Made by a program: the position numbers and the translations under genes
Notes under the pieces: generated by a model
What the model was told of the DNA's origin: nothing
The model's database searches: none
Seen by the model: only the letters and a program-made list of their open reading frames with translations
Origin: an uncultured Clostridia bacterium
GTDB taxonomy: Bacteria > Bacillota > Clostridia > Christensenellales > UBA1242
NCBI GenBank assembly: GCA_944376495.1
Contig: CALWCW010000068.1
Span: 14,456 to 78,455 of the forward strand
Length of the DNA stretch: 64,000 bases
Direction: 5' to 3'
In this document: one piece after another, positions 30,988-39,832 of the stretch
How the letters are laid out: every line of letters starts with the position of its first letter
Position numbering within the stretch: the stretch's first letter is position 1

Positions 30988-31030
30988 AAAGTCAAAGAAA
31001 AAATAATAATATCTTTCTTGACTTTTTCTT
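30988..31030 (+). terminator. Rho-independent terminator-like hairpin about 210 nt downstream of arsR
   Basis: AAAGTCAA(A)GAAA...TTTCTTGACTTT stem (one bulged A) followed by TTTTTCTTT. Confidence 0.5.
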
Positions 31031-31066
31031 TGTAAAGTGTCATACTATTTGAAATGGAGTAAATTT

Positions 31067-31531
31067 ATGAAAAGAGTAATTGATACTTTAAATAATATGT
31101 CTTTTGAATTGCCGAAAGGTTATCATGTAACTAAAGATAGATATGAGATAGCAAACGGGCAAGGCTTTCATAACAAAGAAAACTATCTTTCAGATGACGG
31201 AAAGGTTATTTCATTTTTTGAAATTCATCGTGACCCAGACGAATTTTTTGAATATTACAATTCTCTTGCTGAAAAATATAATAGTGTGACTGACAGGTTT
31301 GAACTTGAAAGTTCTTTTTCATTTAAGGTCAATGATTTTAATTTCCCAGTCTATATTATAAAAGGTTATAGAGAAAAACTTATATATCTTGTTCAGGTAT
31401 TTATAAATTGCGGTGATTGTCTTGGTTGTTTTATGATTTACATTGATAAAATAGATAGTGATATCAAAAAATTAATTTCAATTAATCCTATTTTTTCAGA
31501 TTTAGTGAAAATTTTAAGGACAATTGAGTAG
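31067..31531 (+). CDS. Hypothetical protein
   Basis: 154 aa from ATG 31067 (GGAG RBS; MKRVIDTLNN..). No family recognised. Confidence 0.55.
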   Translation: MKRVIDTLNNMSFELPKGYHVTKDRYEIANGQGFHNKENYLSDDGKVISFFEIHRDPDEFFEYYNSLAEKYNSVTDRFELESSFSFKVNDFNFPVYIIKGYREKLIYLVQVFINCGDCLGCFMIYIDKIDSDIKKLISINPIFSDLVKILRTIE

Positions 31532-31538
31532 GTGAGAA

Positions 31539-32117
31539 ATGAAACAAAAGATATTATTGCATAGTTGTTGCGGGCCTTGTAGCACTCATGTAATCAATGT
31601 TTTGAAAGAAGATTATGATGTGACAATCTATTATTATAATCCCAATATTGATACTGACGAGGAGTATCAGCATAGGCTTAATGAACAGAAAAGATATTGT
31701 AAAGAAGTTGGAATAGAAGTTATAGAAGATGGCTATAACCCAGAAGAATTTTACTCTAAAGTTAAGGGACTTGAAAATGAGAAAGAGGGCGGAGCCAGAT
31801 GTCCTGTATGTTTTAAGTTAAGACTTGCAAAAACAGCACAAAAAGCAAAAGAACTTGGATTTGAACTTTTTGGAACTACTTTAACTGTTAGTCCTCATAA
31901 AAATTCAATGCTTATTAATGCGATAGGCAAGCAAGTAGAAAGCGAGGAAGGGATTTCGTATTTAGAAGGAAATTATAAAAAGCAAGATGGCTATAAAAAA
32001 AGTATTGAGCTTTCTAAAAAATATAATTTATATAGACAAAATTACTGTGGTTGTGTATTTTCAAAAACACATTTAGGAGAAGATGTTGGAAGAACAAAGA
32101 TTATATCAATATTATAA
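31539..32117 (+). CDS. queH: Epoxyqueuosine reductase QueH (DUF208)
   Basis: 192 aa. LLHSCCGPCS ... CPVCFKLRL ... TTLTVSPHKNS ... YRQNYCGCVFS is the typical QueH Cys pattern. Confidence 0.8.
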   Translation: MKQKILLHSCCGPCSTHVINVLKEDYDVTIYYYNPNIDTDEEYQHRLNEQKRYCKEVGIEVIEDGYNPEEFYSKVKGLENEKEGGARCPVCFKLRLAKTAQKAKELGFELFGTTLTVSPHKNSMLINAIGKQVESEEGISYLEGNYKKQDGYKKSIELSKKYNLYRQNYCGCVFSKTHLGEDVGRTKIISIL

Positions 32118-32919
32118 AGATGAAAAAGAAGGAAAGATTTCTCAAAGGGTGCTAATTTGGTGTCTTGTTATTTTGGTGGTCTTTTATGTCTTGCTTTTTA
32201 TCACAAATAGTTGGTTTCAAAATAATTATAGATATGTCACAATAAACGGAACATCTATGCAACCAACATTAAATCCCAATCCTGTCAATATAAATGGAAA
32301 TGATGTTCAAGATGCAGTTTATATTAAGTTGACTAGTGAAGATATTACCTATGGAGATATTATTATTATTGATAAATCAACATATAACTACAATACGTCA
32401 GTTATTAAAAGACTTTTGGCTCTTGATGGTGACCAAATCAGCATTGCAAAAGTTCATGTAGTTCAAGGTAATGATAACTATACAGAATATAGATTTATGA
32501 GAATTAAAGAGGGAAGCAGTGAAATAGAAATTGTTTATGAGGATTACATTGCTGGCTATGGCATTTGGAATAGTTATGTTCCTATACTTGATAATGAAGT
32601 TTATTATGAACCTTATTTTTATAGAATGTTTTTAGAAGATTCCCAAACAACAACACACTATGTTGAAGGAGTTGGAAATGTTAAATTTTACACTGTAATG
32701 CCAGGACAAATTTTCTATATGGGCGATAATAGGACAGGAAGTACTGATGCACGCTGGACAGGCACTGATTCTCAAGAAAATGTTATAGGGAGAGTTGTAT
32801 CCATTGTTCATAATTCTACAAGTATTCAAAACAGTTTATTTTGGTGGACTGGTCGAATTAAAGAGTATTTTGCAATTGTCTTTGATGAGATAATTAAATA
32901 TTTTGCTTGGACTTATTAA
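32083..32919 (+). CDS. lepB: Signal peptidase I (S26 family)
   Basis: 278 aa. N-terminal TM, NGTSMQPTLNP (catalytic Ser box), VIKRLLALDGD (Lys box), GDNRTGSTDAR. It overlaps the queH 3' end by 35 nt. Confidence 0.8.
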   Translation: MLEEQRLYQYYKDEKEGKISQRVLIWCLVILVVFYVLLFITNSWFQNNYRYVTINGTSMQPTLNPNPVNINGNDVQDAVYIKLTSEDITYGDIIIIDKSTYNYNTSVIKRLLALDGDQISIAKVHVVQGNDNYTEYRFMRIKEGSSEIEIVYEDYIAGYGIWNSYVPILDNEVYYEPYFYRMFLEDSQTTTHYVEGVGNVKFYTVMPGQIFYMGDNRTGSTDARWTGTDSQENVIGRVVSIVHNSTSIQNSLFWWTGRIKEYFAIVFDEIIKYFAWTY

Positions 32920-32996
32920 ATTTAGTTGGAAAATTTTAAAAAGTATGCTATTATATACATATAAGGTGCAAACCGATAATTAAAAAGGAGAGGATA

Positions 32997-33272
32997 ATGA
33001 ACAAACAACAATTTATCAAAGCTTTTGCAGAAAAAGCAAACTTTACTCAAAAAGATGCAGGAATTGCTTTTGATGCTATGGCTGAAACAATCGCAGAAAC
33101 TTTAAAAACTGGTGAAAAAATCCAAATCGCTGGATTCGGAACTTTTGAAATGAAAAAGAGAGCGGCTAGAGAGGGAATAAACCCTGCTACTAAAGAAAAG
33201 GTTACTATTCCTGAATGCTCTGTTCCAACTTTTAAATTTGGAAATAGTTTTAAAGATACAGTAAATAATTAG
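32997..33272 (+). CDS. hup: DNA-binding protein HU
   Basis: 91 aa. MNKQQFIKAFAEKANFTQKDAGIAFDAM...IAGFGTFEMKKRAAREGINPATKEKVTIPE. Confidence 0.92.
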   Translation: MNKQQFIKAFAEKANFTQKDAGIAFDAMAETIAETLKTGEKIQIAGFGTFEMKKRAAREGINPATKEKVTIPECSVPTFKFGNSFKDTVNN

Positions 33273-33294
33273 CTTTTATTTGTAAATTTCAAAC

Positions 33295-33345
33295 AAAAAC
33301 CAGTTTTTGAAAGATTTTATCTTTTGCGAACTGGTTTTTATTTAT
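33295..33345 (+). terminator. Rho-independent terminator after hup
   Basis: AAAAACCAGTT...AACTGGTTTTT outer stem with inner AAAGAT/ATCTTT stem, followed by a T-rich tail. Confidence 0.7.
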
Positions 33346-33443
33346 TTTATAAAAAATTGCAATTTATTATAAAAAAATTAGTTTAAGATATTGAAATATT
33401 AATTATTTTGTGCTATAATAAAATATATTAAAAAGGGGGACCT

Positions 33444-34010
33444 ATGCTAAAGTTTTTAGATGAACTTAATATGTTTTATCATATTGAACCTTTCTCGTTG
33501 GGCATTTACAGAACAAAGTCAAAGGAAGATGCAAAAAAGATTATGAGTAAAGGACTTGTTTTAACAGGTAAAAAATCACTTGAAAATCTTTCTTTAGAAG
33601 GTGATTATGGAAACTTATGTAAAAGAGATTTTGATCCTTATTTGCAAGATGAAACTATTGTCTTAATTGCAGTCCCTAATGGAATAAATTTCCAACCAAC
33701 AGCAGAAGATAATAATGAACTTGCGAACGAACTTTTTGCAATGATTGAACTTGGCAAAGACCAAGAACTTTCATCAAAAATAGCCGATAAAACAAAAGTT
33801 TTAAAAGAATATAAGCAGGGTAAAGATGGTAAAATACCTTCAAAGTTTATTTTAGGATATGTCAATGTTCAAGATGATGAACTTGTTTTGAACGGTAATT
33901 CACTTTATATCTTTTTAGATAAAGATAAAATCAAAGAGAACATTGCATCAGAAGTTAACTTGATTGATAGTATATTACGTGATGAAAACGAAGACGAAAA
34001 TAATATGTAA
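33444..34010 (+). CDS. Hypothetical protein
   Basis: 188-aa ORF with a GGGGGA RBS-like element. No family recognised. Confidence 0.55.
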   Translation: MLKFLDELNMFYHIEPFSLGIYRTKSKEDAKKIMSKGLVLTGKKSLENLSLEGDYGNLCKRDFDPYLQDETIVLIAVPNGINFQPTAEDNNELANELFAMIELGKDQELSSKIADKTKVLKEYKQGKDGKIPSKFILGYVNVQDDELVLNGNSLYIFLDKDKIKENIASEVNLIDSILRDENEDENNM

Positions 34011-34049
34011 TTTTAATTTCTTTGAATATAAAGAAAATCAAAAAAATTG

Positions 34050-34078
34050 AAAAGACTGATAATAAATCAGTCTTTTTT
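34050..34078. terminator. Bidirectional terminator overlapping the rubrerythrin stop
   Basis: AAAAGACTGAT-aataa-ATCAGTCTTTT followed by a T run. Confidence 0.7.
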
Positions 34079-34660
34079 CATTTGAAGATTGAACTTGACA
34101 TATCCTTTTGGATAGTTACAGAGTGGACAGTTGTCCCATGCTGCTTTACTCTCATCAGCATATCCACAATTAGAGCATTCCCACAATACCCTCTCTTTTG
34201 ATTTATATAAGGTTTTATTGTCAAATCTATCGGCTAAATAAAATAATTTTTTGGCATTATTATCATTTACAAAAGTTATTGCTTTGAAAATATCAGCAAC
34301 TTTATTAAACCCTTCATCTCTCGCTATTTTTTCAAAATGCTTGAAAGTGTTTTTAGCTTTATATTGCTCTAGTTCTCCATAATCTCTTATACTTGCACTT
34401 AAAGATTGACTTTCAAATGGATAGCCTGATTCTATACAAACATTATCATTTGTCTTTTCTAAATATTCTAGCATAAGTTCATATATGATAGTCGCATGTG
34501 CCATTTTATTCTTTTGCATTTGCTCTAATTCTAAAGCTATAAAAGCAAAATTTTCATTTTTGGCTTTTTTTATAATAAACCCGAGTCTTGCATTATCTTG
34601 ACAAATTTCTGCAAATGCTCGCACTAAATTTTCCTTTGTTGAACTTTCTTTAAATCCCAT
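34067..34660 (-). CDS. rbr: Rubrerythrin
   Basis: 197 aa. Ferritin-like four-helix region plus a C-terminal rubredoxin-type CxxC...CxxC (WECSNCGY...DNCPLCNYPK). Confidence 0.8.
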   Translation of the reverse strand: MGFKESSTKENLVRAFAEICQDNARLGFIIKKAKNENFAFIALELEQMQKNKMAHATIIYELMLEYLEKTNDNVCIESGYPFESQSLSASIRDYGELEQYKAKNTFKHFEKIARDEGFNKVADIFKAITFVNDNNAKKLFYLADRFDNKTLYKSKERVLWECSNCGYADESKAAWDNCPLCNYPKGYVKFNLQMKKD

Positions 34661-34776
34661 AACACTATTTCTCCTTGCTTTTTTTATTATTCCTCATAAA
34701 AAAGATATTAAACATTTGATTTTTTTTTAGAAAAATTGTAATATTAAATTAGATATATTAAAAAGGTGGTGACACT

Positions 34777-35532
34777 ATGAAAGTAAATGATAAGTTAGAA
34801 CAAACAAATGTGCACAGTTATCATTATGTTATGCTTGGATTTGCTGATTTTAAAAAGATTTTTAAAAAACTAGAAGGTCTATTGAAATTTTATCGAATAG
34901 AAAATAAAGGTAAGGAGTTTGCTAAAGAAATTATTTATGATGTTCCAAGCAATCTTTTATCAGATGCTGGTATTGTTCTTTCAAAACAATATGAAGCAAA
35001 ACGAATTTATCTTAAGGTTCGTAAAATAAGCAAACTACCAGGAGAAATGAAAAGACCTAGTAAGAAATTTATTCTTGGAGAACTTGAGTCTGATATTGAA
35101 CCTAGAAATTACTCTTTACAAATATCTTCCGCTATTGAAAATTCTTTTTCAACAACTTTTACGGTCGATTTAGATTCTATTGTAAAACAAACTGTTCCTA
35201 AAATTGAGATTAATATTAAATCAAATAAATATCATATTATTGGAGGGACAGGATTTAGAGCTGATTTTTTCTATGAAGTGGCAACTTATAAAGACATTAA
35301 AACAGGTAAAAAGGTTGATAGAGAAGGTGTGACTTTACAACTTTCAACTGACGAAGAATACACCCAAGAAAATAAACAGATTTTAGATTTGATTGATAGA
35401 CAAATTAAAGAACTTGCTCTTTATAATCTTTCAAGATTTGAAATTGCTCAAATGCTTCTTTATCCTAAAGAAATAGAAGAAGATGAAAATCGTTTTGAAA
35501 ATGAAGATGATGATAAAGAGGGGAATGAATAA
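34777..35532 (+). CDS. Hypothetical protein (acidic C-terminus)
   Basis: 251-aa ORF with an AAAGGTGG RBS. A weak impression of a CYTH-like beta-barrel protein, not supportable. Confidence 0.55.
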   Translation: MKVNDKLEQTNVHSYHYVMLGFADFKKIFKKLEGLLKFYRIENKGKEFAKEIIYDVPSNLLSDAGIVLSKQYEAKRIYLKVRKISKLPGEMKRPSKKFILGELESDIEPRNYSLQISSAIENSFSTTFTVDLDSIVKQTVPKIEINIKSNKYHIIGGTGFRADFFYEVATYKDIKTGKKVDREGVTLQLSTDEEYTQENKQILDLIDRQIKELALYNLSRFEIAQMLLYPKEIEEDENRFENEDDDKEGNE

Positions 35533-35651
35533 GTTTTAATAGATTGTCGAGGTTAGTGTTTAAATTTTATTGATTGGTTAAAGTTGTTTTTAAATTACAT
35601 ATTCGAGAGATTATGTTTGAAAATAGAAGAATGTTGGTGACGGGAAAGGGT

Positions 35652-35740
35652 GCTAAAGAAAGCATCTTTTTTCAGGTTAACTGAAAAAAGATAAAAACTT
35701 TCGTTTTTACTAGCACCACTGGTGCTAGGCTTTCTTTAGC
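35652..35740 (+). other. Perfect four-helix-junction (cloverleaf-shaped) element upstream of the GPH transporter
   Basis: P1 35652-35663/35729-35740 (12 bp). P2 35664-35675/35681-35692 (12 bp). P3 35693-35698/35703-35708 (6 bp). P4 35710-35717/35721-35728 (8 bp). There are no mismatches and one unpaired junction nucleotide (A35709). The pairing is read directly from the sequence; the function is unknown. Confidence 0.5.
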
Positions 35741-35798
35741 CGTTATTCAAAAGACATATTTTAATCAAAAATATCAATTAGTAACATAAAAAAAGGGC

Positions 35799-37238
35799 TT
35801 GTCACATAAATATAATTTAGTGAAATCAAAACTTAATTTTAGAACTAAATTTTGTTATGGAATAGGTGGGCTTGGTTATAGTTCAATGTCACAGACTTTG
35901 AACAGTTTTATAATGTTTTTTGCAACCGCAGTTATGGGAATTTCTGGATCTTTAGTAGGAATTGCGATAGCAATATCTTCGTTATGGGACGGAGTTAGTG
36001 ACCCACTTATAGGTTATTTGTCAGATAATACAAAAAATAAGTTTTTTGGTAAAAGACTGGGTTTTATGTTCTTTGGAATATTTGTCATAGCCTTTTTAAA
36101 TATTTGCATATGGTCAATGCCGGCTTCAATGCCAGAAATAGGAAAGTTTTTATGGCTTTTAGTAGGTATGCTTGCAATAGAATCAGCGAATACCTGTTTT
36201 GGAACTCCATATGCAGCACTTGCAATTGACATAGCACCTGATTATAACGAACAATCAAAGGTTCAAAGTTATAAAACTGCTTTTAATATTATTGGAATGA
36301 TTTTACCAAATATATTAATGTATTTTTTCATGTCGTCAATATCTTTAAGCATTCAAACAGGTTATACGCAAATGGGCTATATAAAAATTGCTTGTATTAA
36401 TTCAAGTTTGCTTATAATATTAGGACTTATAACAATTTTCTCAACTTTACATTGGACACGCAAAAATCACATTTATTCAATGGATGTTAAGAAAGAAAAA
36501 TTTAGTTTTGGACAACTTTTGTCGGGATATTTTGATGTTCTTAAAAAGAAGGATTTTAGAATTGTAATTCTTGGTTATTCATTTGCTACAATTGCATCAG
36601 CATTTTTGACTTCAGTAGGTATGCACTTATTTACTTATTGTTATCATTTTTCAAGCACACAAATATCAATAGTTTTAATTTCTCTTTTTGGTGGGGCAAT
36701 TGCTTCTCAGCCTCTTTGGGTATATGTATCAAAACGAATTGAAAAAAAGAGAGCATTGATAATATCATTATCAACAATAGTGTTTGGTATATTTTTGACA
36801 GTTATAACATTTTTATTTAGAGATTATTTATCAAATCAAGTGATGTTTTATTTAGCAATTCCTTGTTTAGTTTTTTGCGGAATTGGTGCTGGTGCCATGT
36901 ATTCACTGCCGTTTTCAATGTATGCTGATGCTGTCACATTAGAGATGTTTAAAACTGGACAAAATAATGCGGGTGCATATACAGGCTACTTTACTTTTAG
37001 TTATAATTTGGCAAATTCGGTTGCTCTATTAATTATAGGATTTTTGCTTGATTTTATAAAATTTGATTCAACTCAACCAGTTCAAGCAATGTCAGTTCAA
37101 AATGGACTTGGCTGTATTGTATTTTTTGGTTGCACAATCTTTTTATCTTTAGCAATTATGGTTTTTTCAAAGTTTTCTATCAAACGGTCAGATGTATTAA
37201 AAGTTCAATTGTTAAATACAAAAAAGAAAGAAAAATGA
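35799..37238 (+). CDS. Glycoside-pentoside-hexuronide (GPH)/MFS-type cation symporter
   Basis: 479 aa, about 12 TM. The N-terminus FCYGIGGLGYSSMSQTLNSFIMFFATAVMGISGSLVGIAIAISSLWDGVSDPLIGYLSDNTKNKFFGKR matches the MelB/GPH signature (D-P..G...D). The start codon is uncertain: TTG 35799 or GTG 35820, and neither has a good RBS. Confidence 0.75.
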   Translation: MSHKYNLVKSKLNFRTKFCYGIGGLGYSSMSQTLNSFIMFFATAVMGISGSLVGIAIAISSLWDGVSDPLIGYLSDNTKNKFFGKRLGFMFFGIFVIAFLNICIWSMPASMPEIGKFLWLLVGMLAIESANTCFGTPYAALAIDIAPDYNEQSKVQSYKTAFNIIGMILPNILMYFFMSSISLSIQTGYTQMGYIKIACINSSLLIILGLITIFSTLHWTRKNHIYSMDVKKEKFSFGQLLSGYFDVLKKKDFRIVILGYSFATIASAFLTSVGMHLFTYCYHFSSTQISIVLISLFGGAIASQPLWVYVSKRIEKKRALIISLSTIVFGIFLTVITFLFRDYLSNQVMFYLAIPCLVFCGIGAGAMYSLPFSMYADAVTLEMFKTGQNNAGAYTGYFTFSYNLANSVALLIIGFLLDFIKFDSTQPVQAMSVQNGLGCIVFFGCTIFLSLAIMVFSKFSIKRSDVLKVQLLNTKKKEK

Positions 37239-37302
37239 TAAAAAATTAATACAATTTTAAATTATTTAGAATTTATAGAATGATTTTGCAAATAATAAAA
37301 TC

Positions 37303-37785
37303 ATGAAAAAATTGCGAGTTTTGATTTTAATAATTTTTATAGGAATAGGTCTAGTTTTATCTGGATGTGGAGAAAAGACTTTTGCTTATTCTCGTATCTA
37401 TAGAGATGATTATTTGACGGGTGGAGATTTGAATTTTAAATATGATGAACGCACTCATACAGCATATTTTGGTGGAGAAAATCAAGTTGTTCAATACTAT
37501 GAACCTGACATTGCAAAAGGCTGGAAAGATGCAGGTTGTAGAATAGGAATAAAGATTTATCTGCCTAGTGATGTAGAGGATTATCAATCAGGACAAGTAG
37601 AGATTAATGGGAATAAACTTGAAAATGATAAGATAGTAAATGAGGAAGGTGGGTATTTACAATTATTCCCTTTAGTAAGTGAAAATGAACAAGACTTTCA
37701 AATTAAAATCATATGGCAAGATGGAACCCAAGAACAAAATTATTATGTTTATATTGAAAAAGGAACGATTTTTATGGGAAAATAA
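37303..37785 (+). CDS. Lipoprotein, function unknown
   Basis: 160 aa. Signal peptide with lipobox LVLSGC (MKKLRVLILIIFIGIGLVLSGCGEK). Confidence 0.7.
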   Translation: MKKLRVLILIIFIGIGLVLSGCGEKTFAYSRIYRDDYLTGGDLNFKYDERTHTAYFGGENQVVQYYEPDIAKGWKDAGCRIGIKIYLPSDVEDYQSGQVEINGNKLENDKIVNEEGGYLQLFPLVSENEQDFQIKIIWQDGTQEQNYYVYIEKGTIFMGK

Positions 37786-37830
37786 AATTTTTATAAATAA
37801 ATTTATCAAATTGTTTGTGTTTAATAAAAT

Positions 37831-37860
37831 AAAAAAACGAAGAAACGTTCAATTTCTTCG
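37831..37860 (-). terminator. Rho-independent terminator
   Basis: CGAAGAAA-loop-TTTCTTCG followed on the minus strand by TTTTTTT. Confidence 0.6.
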
Positions 37861-37870
37861 ATATTATCTA

Positions 37871-37950
37871 ATGGTTGCCTCAAGGGGAACCATACCCTAA
37901 AAATCTGACGATTTTCAGGGAACCCGTAACGAACCCAGGGGTTCGATTCC
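37871..37950 (-). other. tRNA-Glu-derived fragment element (not a functional tRNA)
   Basis: 37872-37889 repeats the tRNA-Glu 3' end (38006-38023) in direct orientation, 17 of 18 nt identical. 37936-37950 is a perfect inverted copy of T-arm bases 38020-38034. An internal 10-bp hairpin lies at 37895-37920. There is no acceptor 5' strand or anticodon arm. Confidence 0.5.
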
Positions 37951-37963
37951 TTCTATATAAAAT

Positions 37964-37995
37964 AAAAAAACAAAGAAATAATATACTTTCTTCGT
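37964..37995 (-). terminator. Rho-independent terminator just after tRNA-Glu
   Basis: ACGAAGAAA...TTTCTTTGT (one mismatch) followed on the minus strand by TTTTTTT. The stem sequence is similar to the terminator at 37831-37860. Confidence 0.55.
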
Positions 37996-38005
37996 CTTAA
38001 TTTAT

Positions 38006-38080
38006 TGGTAGCCTCAAGGGGAATCGAACCCCTGATTCCGCCGTGAAAGGGCGATGTCTTAACCGCTTGACCATGAGGCC
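38006..38080 (-). tRNA. tRNA-Glu (anticodon UUC), CCA encoded
   Basis: The reverse complement GGCCTCATGGTCAAGCGGTTAAGACATCGCCCTTTCACGGCGGAATCAGGGGTTCGATTCCCCTTGAGGCTACCA closely resembles Bacillus tRNA-Glu. Anticodon loop CTTTCAC. Confidence 0.9.
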
Positions 38081-38195
38081 ATATATCAAAAAAGGGAGTG
38101 TTTTTGATACTCCCTTATTATAAATGAAAATTTTATTGTTGTCAAGTGTTTTATTTAAAAATTTTTATTATTTTATACTTTTTTTGTAACTTTTG

Positions 38196-39023
38196 CTATT
38201 CTACGTTAGTTTCTTTATCATTTTTATCATTTTTTGTTTCTATCGAAATTGCTTTACTTGTTGATACTTTATTTTGTATTCTTTTTTCTGGAAAGTATAA
38301 ATATAAATCTTTATATGTTTTATACCATCTATCTTCTTTTTTCCGAGTAAAATATTCCCACAAAGATGTGAATGCAAATATAATAACAAGCATTACTAAC
38401 GCAAACATCCACCATTGAAATTCTGGAAGTTCAACAGGCCCATGAACTAGATACATTGCGTTTGGACTTGGCAACCCGCCCAAAAAGAAAATTAATTCTA
38501 CAATACCACCAACAACTCCACAACTTAATAGTCCTAAAGTATAAGGAACTAAATTGTAAACATTAATCTTTAGATATCCACCAACAAATAACCACAGACA
38601 TCCAACAAGCATACAACTATGTGAGAAAGCAGATTGCAATGTCGTCCAATCATTAAATCCAGGAGGTGTAACAAAAAGGGTGATAAGTGAACCAAATGTT
38701 CCACCATAAGCTACAAAAGTCGCCATGTTTTTAAAGAATTTTGATTGTTTATTACTCCACAAACTGACTGCTAATAATAAATACATCATATAATTGCAAA
38801 AATATATAGGGAATAATTGATTGTCATAAGCATTTCCAACACCACCGTTTGTAAAGAAGGTTGTGTACATGGTTGAAATATGCATAAAGAAGCATAAAAA
38901 TGCCCAAAAAAGTAAGAATGTATTTTTATATTTTTGACTTTTTATAAGATGTGCTCCGAATAAAATAAGCCCAATTGTTAGTAGTGAAAATATTATATAT
39001 AAAATATGTTCTGTGCTATACAT
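38196..39023 (-). CDS. Polytopic membrane protein (possibly YwaF/TIGR02206-like)
   Basis: 275 aa, about 7 hydrophobic segments, AAGGAG RBS. The family assignment is an impression only. Confidence 0.55.
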   Translation of the reverse strand: MYSTEHILYIIFSLLTIGLILFGAHLIKSQKYKNTFLLFWAFLCFFMHISTMYTTFFTNGGVGNAYDNQLFPIYFCNYMMYLLLAVSLWSNKQSKFFKNMATFVAYGGTFGSLITLFVTPPGFNDWTTLQSAFSHSCMLVGCLWLFVGGYLKINVYNLVPYTLGLLSCGVVGGIVELIFFLGGLPSPNAMYLVHGPVELPEFQWWMFALVMLVIIFAFTSLWEYFTRKKEDRWYKTYKDLYLYFPEKRIQNKVSTSKAISIETKNDKNDKETNVE

Positions 39024-39100
39024 AAAAAATCTCCTTAACTAAATAATAACATATTATTTTACATAAATCAATAGAGATTTAAATAATAATTAAAACATTA

Positions 39101-39823
39101 TTAAAGCTGATTTCTTGCAACAGCACAAGCATAAACATTTCTTGCTCCAACAAACAATGATGCACAAACTTCTATTGTTGCAGAGGTAGTGATTATATCA
39201 TCAACAATTAATACATTCTTGTTTTTAATTTGTTTTTTGTCTGTTAAAATAATGCTATTTTGCAAATTTTCTTGTCGTTCTTGATAATTTAATATTTTTT
39301 GATTTTTTGTTAGGACATTTTTGCATAAAATATCAGCAACAGGTTTTGAAGAGATTTTCCCAAGTTCATCTGCTAAAAGTTTTGCCGGATTATATCCTCG
39401 TTTTTTAATAGTCTTTTCATGTGAAGGAACGGGAACGATTATATCATAATCCACATTATCTTCAATCAATCTTTGATGAATAAGTTTAGCAAAAGGTTCG
39501 GCTAGATATCTAGCATTGTCACTTTTAAATTTTAAAAGAGCTTGTCTAACCATGTTTTTGTAGTTTAAAGGGCAGTGGCAACTATCAAAATGCCTTTTAT
39601 GTTCTTTGCAATGGTCACAAATGATATTACCTTCTTTTATTTTAGTGTCACATTTTTGACATCGATTTCCATTATTAAAAATATCATCTTCTAGACAGGA
39701 ATCACAGAAAAACTTGGTAAAGTCAGGTATATCTTTACCGCATAAAATACATTTTATTTTGCTAGGGAAAATCATTTCTAAAATTTTATCTTTTAATGTG
39801 ATTAATTTTGTTTTTATTGTCAT
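39101..39823 (-). CDS. comFC: ComF family protein (ComFC-like phosphoribosyltransferase-fold competence protein)
   Basis: 240 aa. N-terminal Cys4-type zinc fingers (CILCGK..CDSC.., CQKCDT..CDHC) and the PRTase motif VLIVDDIITTSATI. Confidence 0.75.
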   Translation of the reverse strand: MTIKTKLITLKDKILEMIFPSKIKCILCGKDIPDFTKFFCDSCLEDDIFNNGNRCQKCDTKIKEGNIICDHCKEHKRHFDSCHCPLNYKNMVRQALLKFKSDNARYLAEPFAKLIHQRLIEDNVDYDIIVPVPSHEKTIKKRGYNPAKLLADELGKISSKPVADILCKNVLTKNQKILNYQERQENLQNSIILTDKKQIKNKNVLIVDDIITTSATIEVCASLFVGARNVYACAVARNQL

Positions 39824-39832
39824 ATGTTCTCT

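Noticed and set aside
35652-35740. Known riboswitch (SAM-I-like four-way junction) or tRNA-like gene
   Set aside because: All stems are perfect and AU-rich, with essentially no unpaired junction or internal-loop nucleotides and none of the conserved motifs I remember for SAM-I. The arm lengths (12/12/6/8 bp) are incompatible with a tRNA. It is kept as an unexplained structured element.
37871-37950. A second tRNA gene next to tRNA-Glu
   Set aside because: Only the 3'-terminal 18 nt and an inverted T-arm piece are tRNA-like. I found no matching 5' acceptor strand, D arm or anticodon arm, and the would-be T loop is non-canonical. It is treated as a tRNA-derived fragment.
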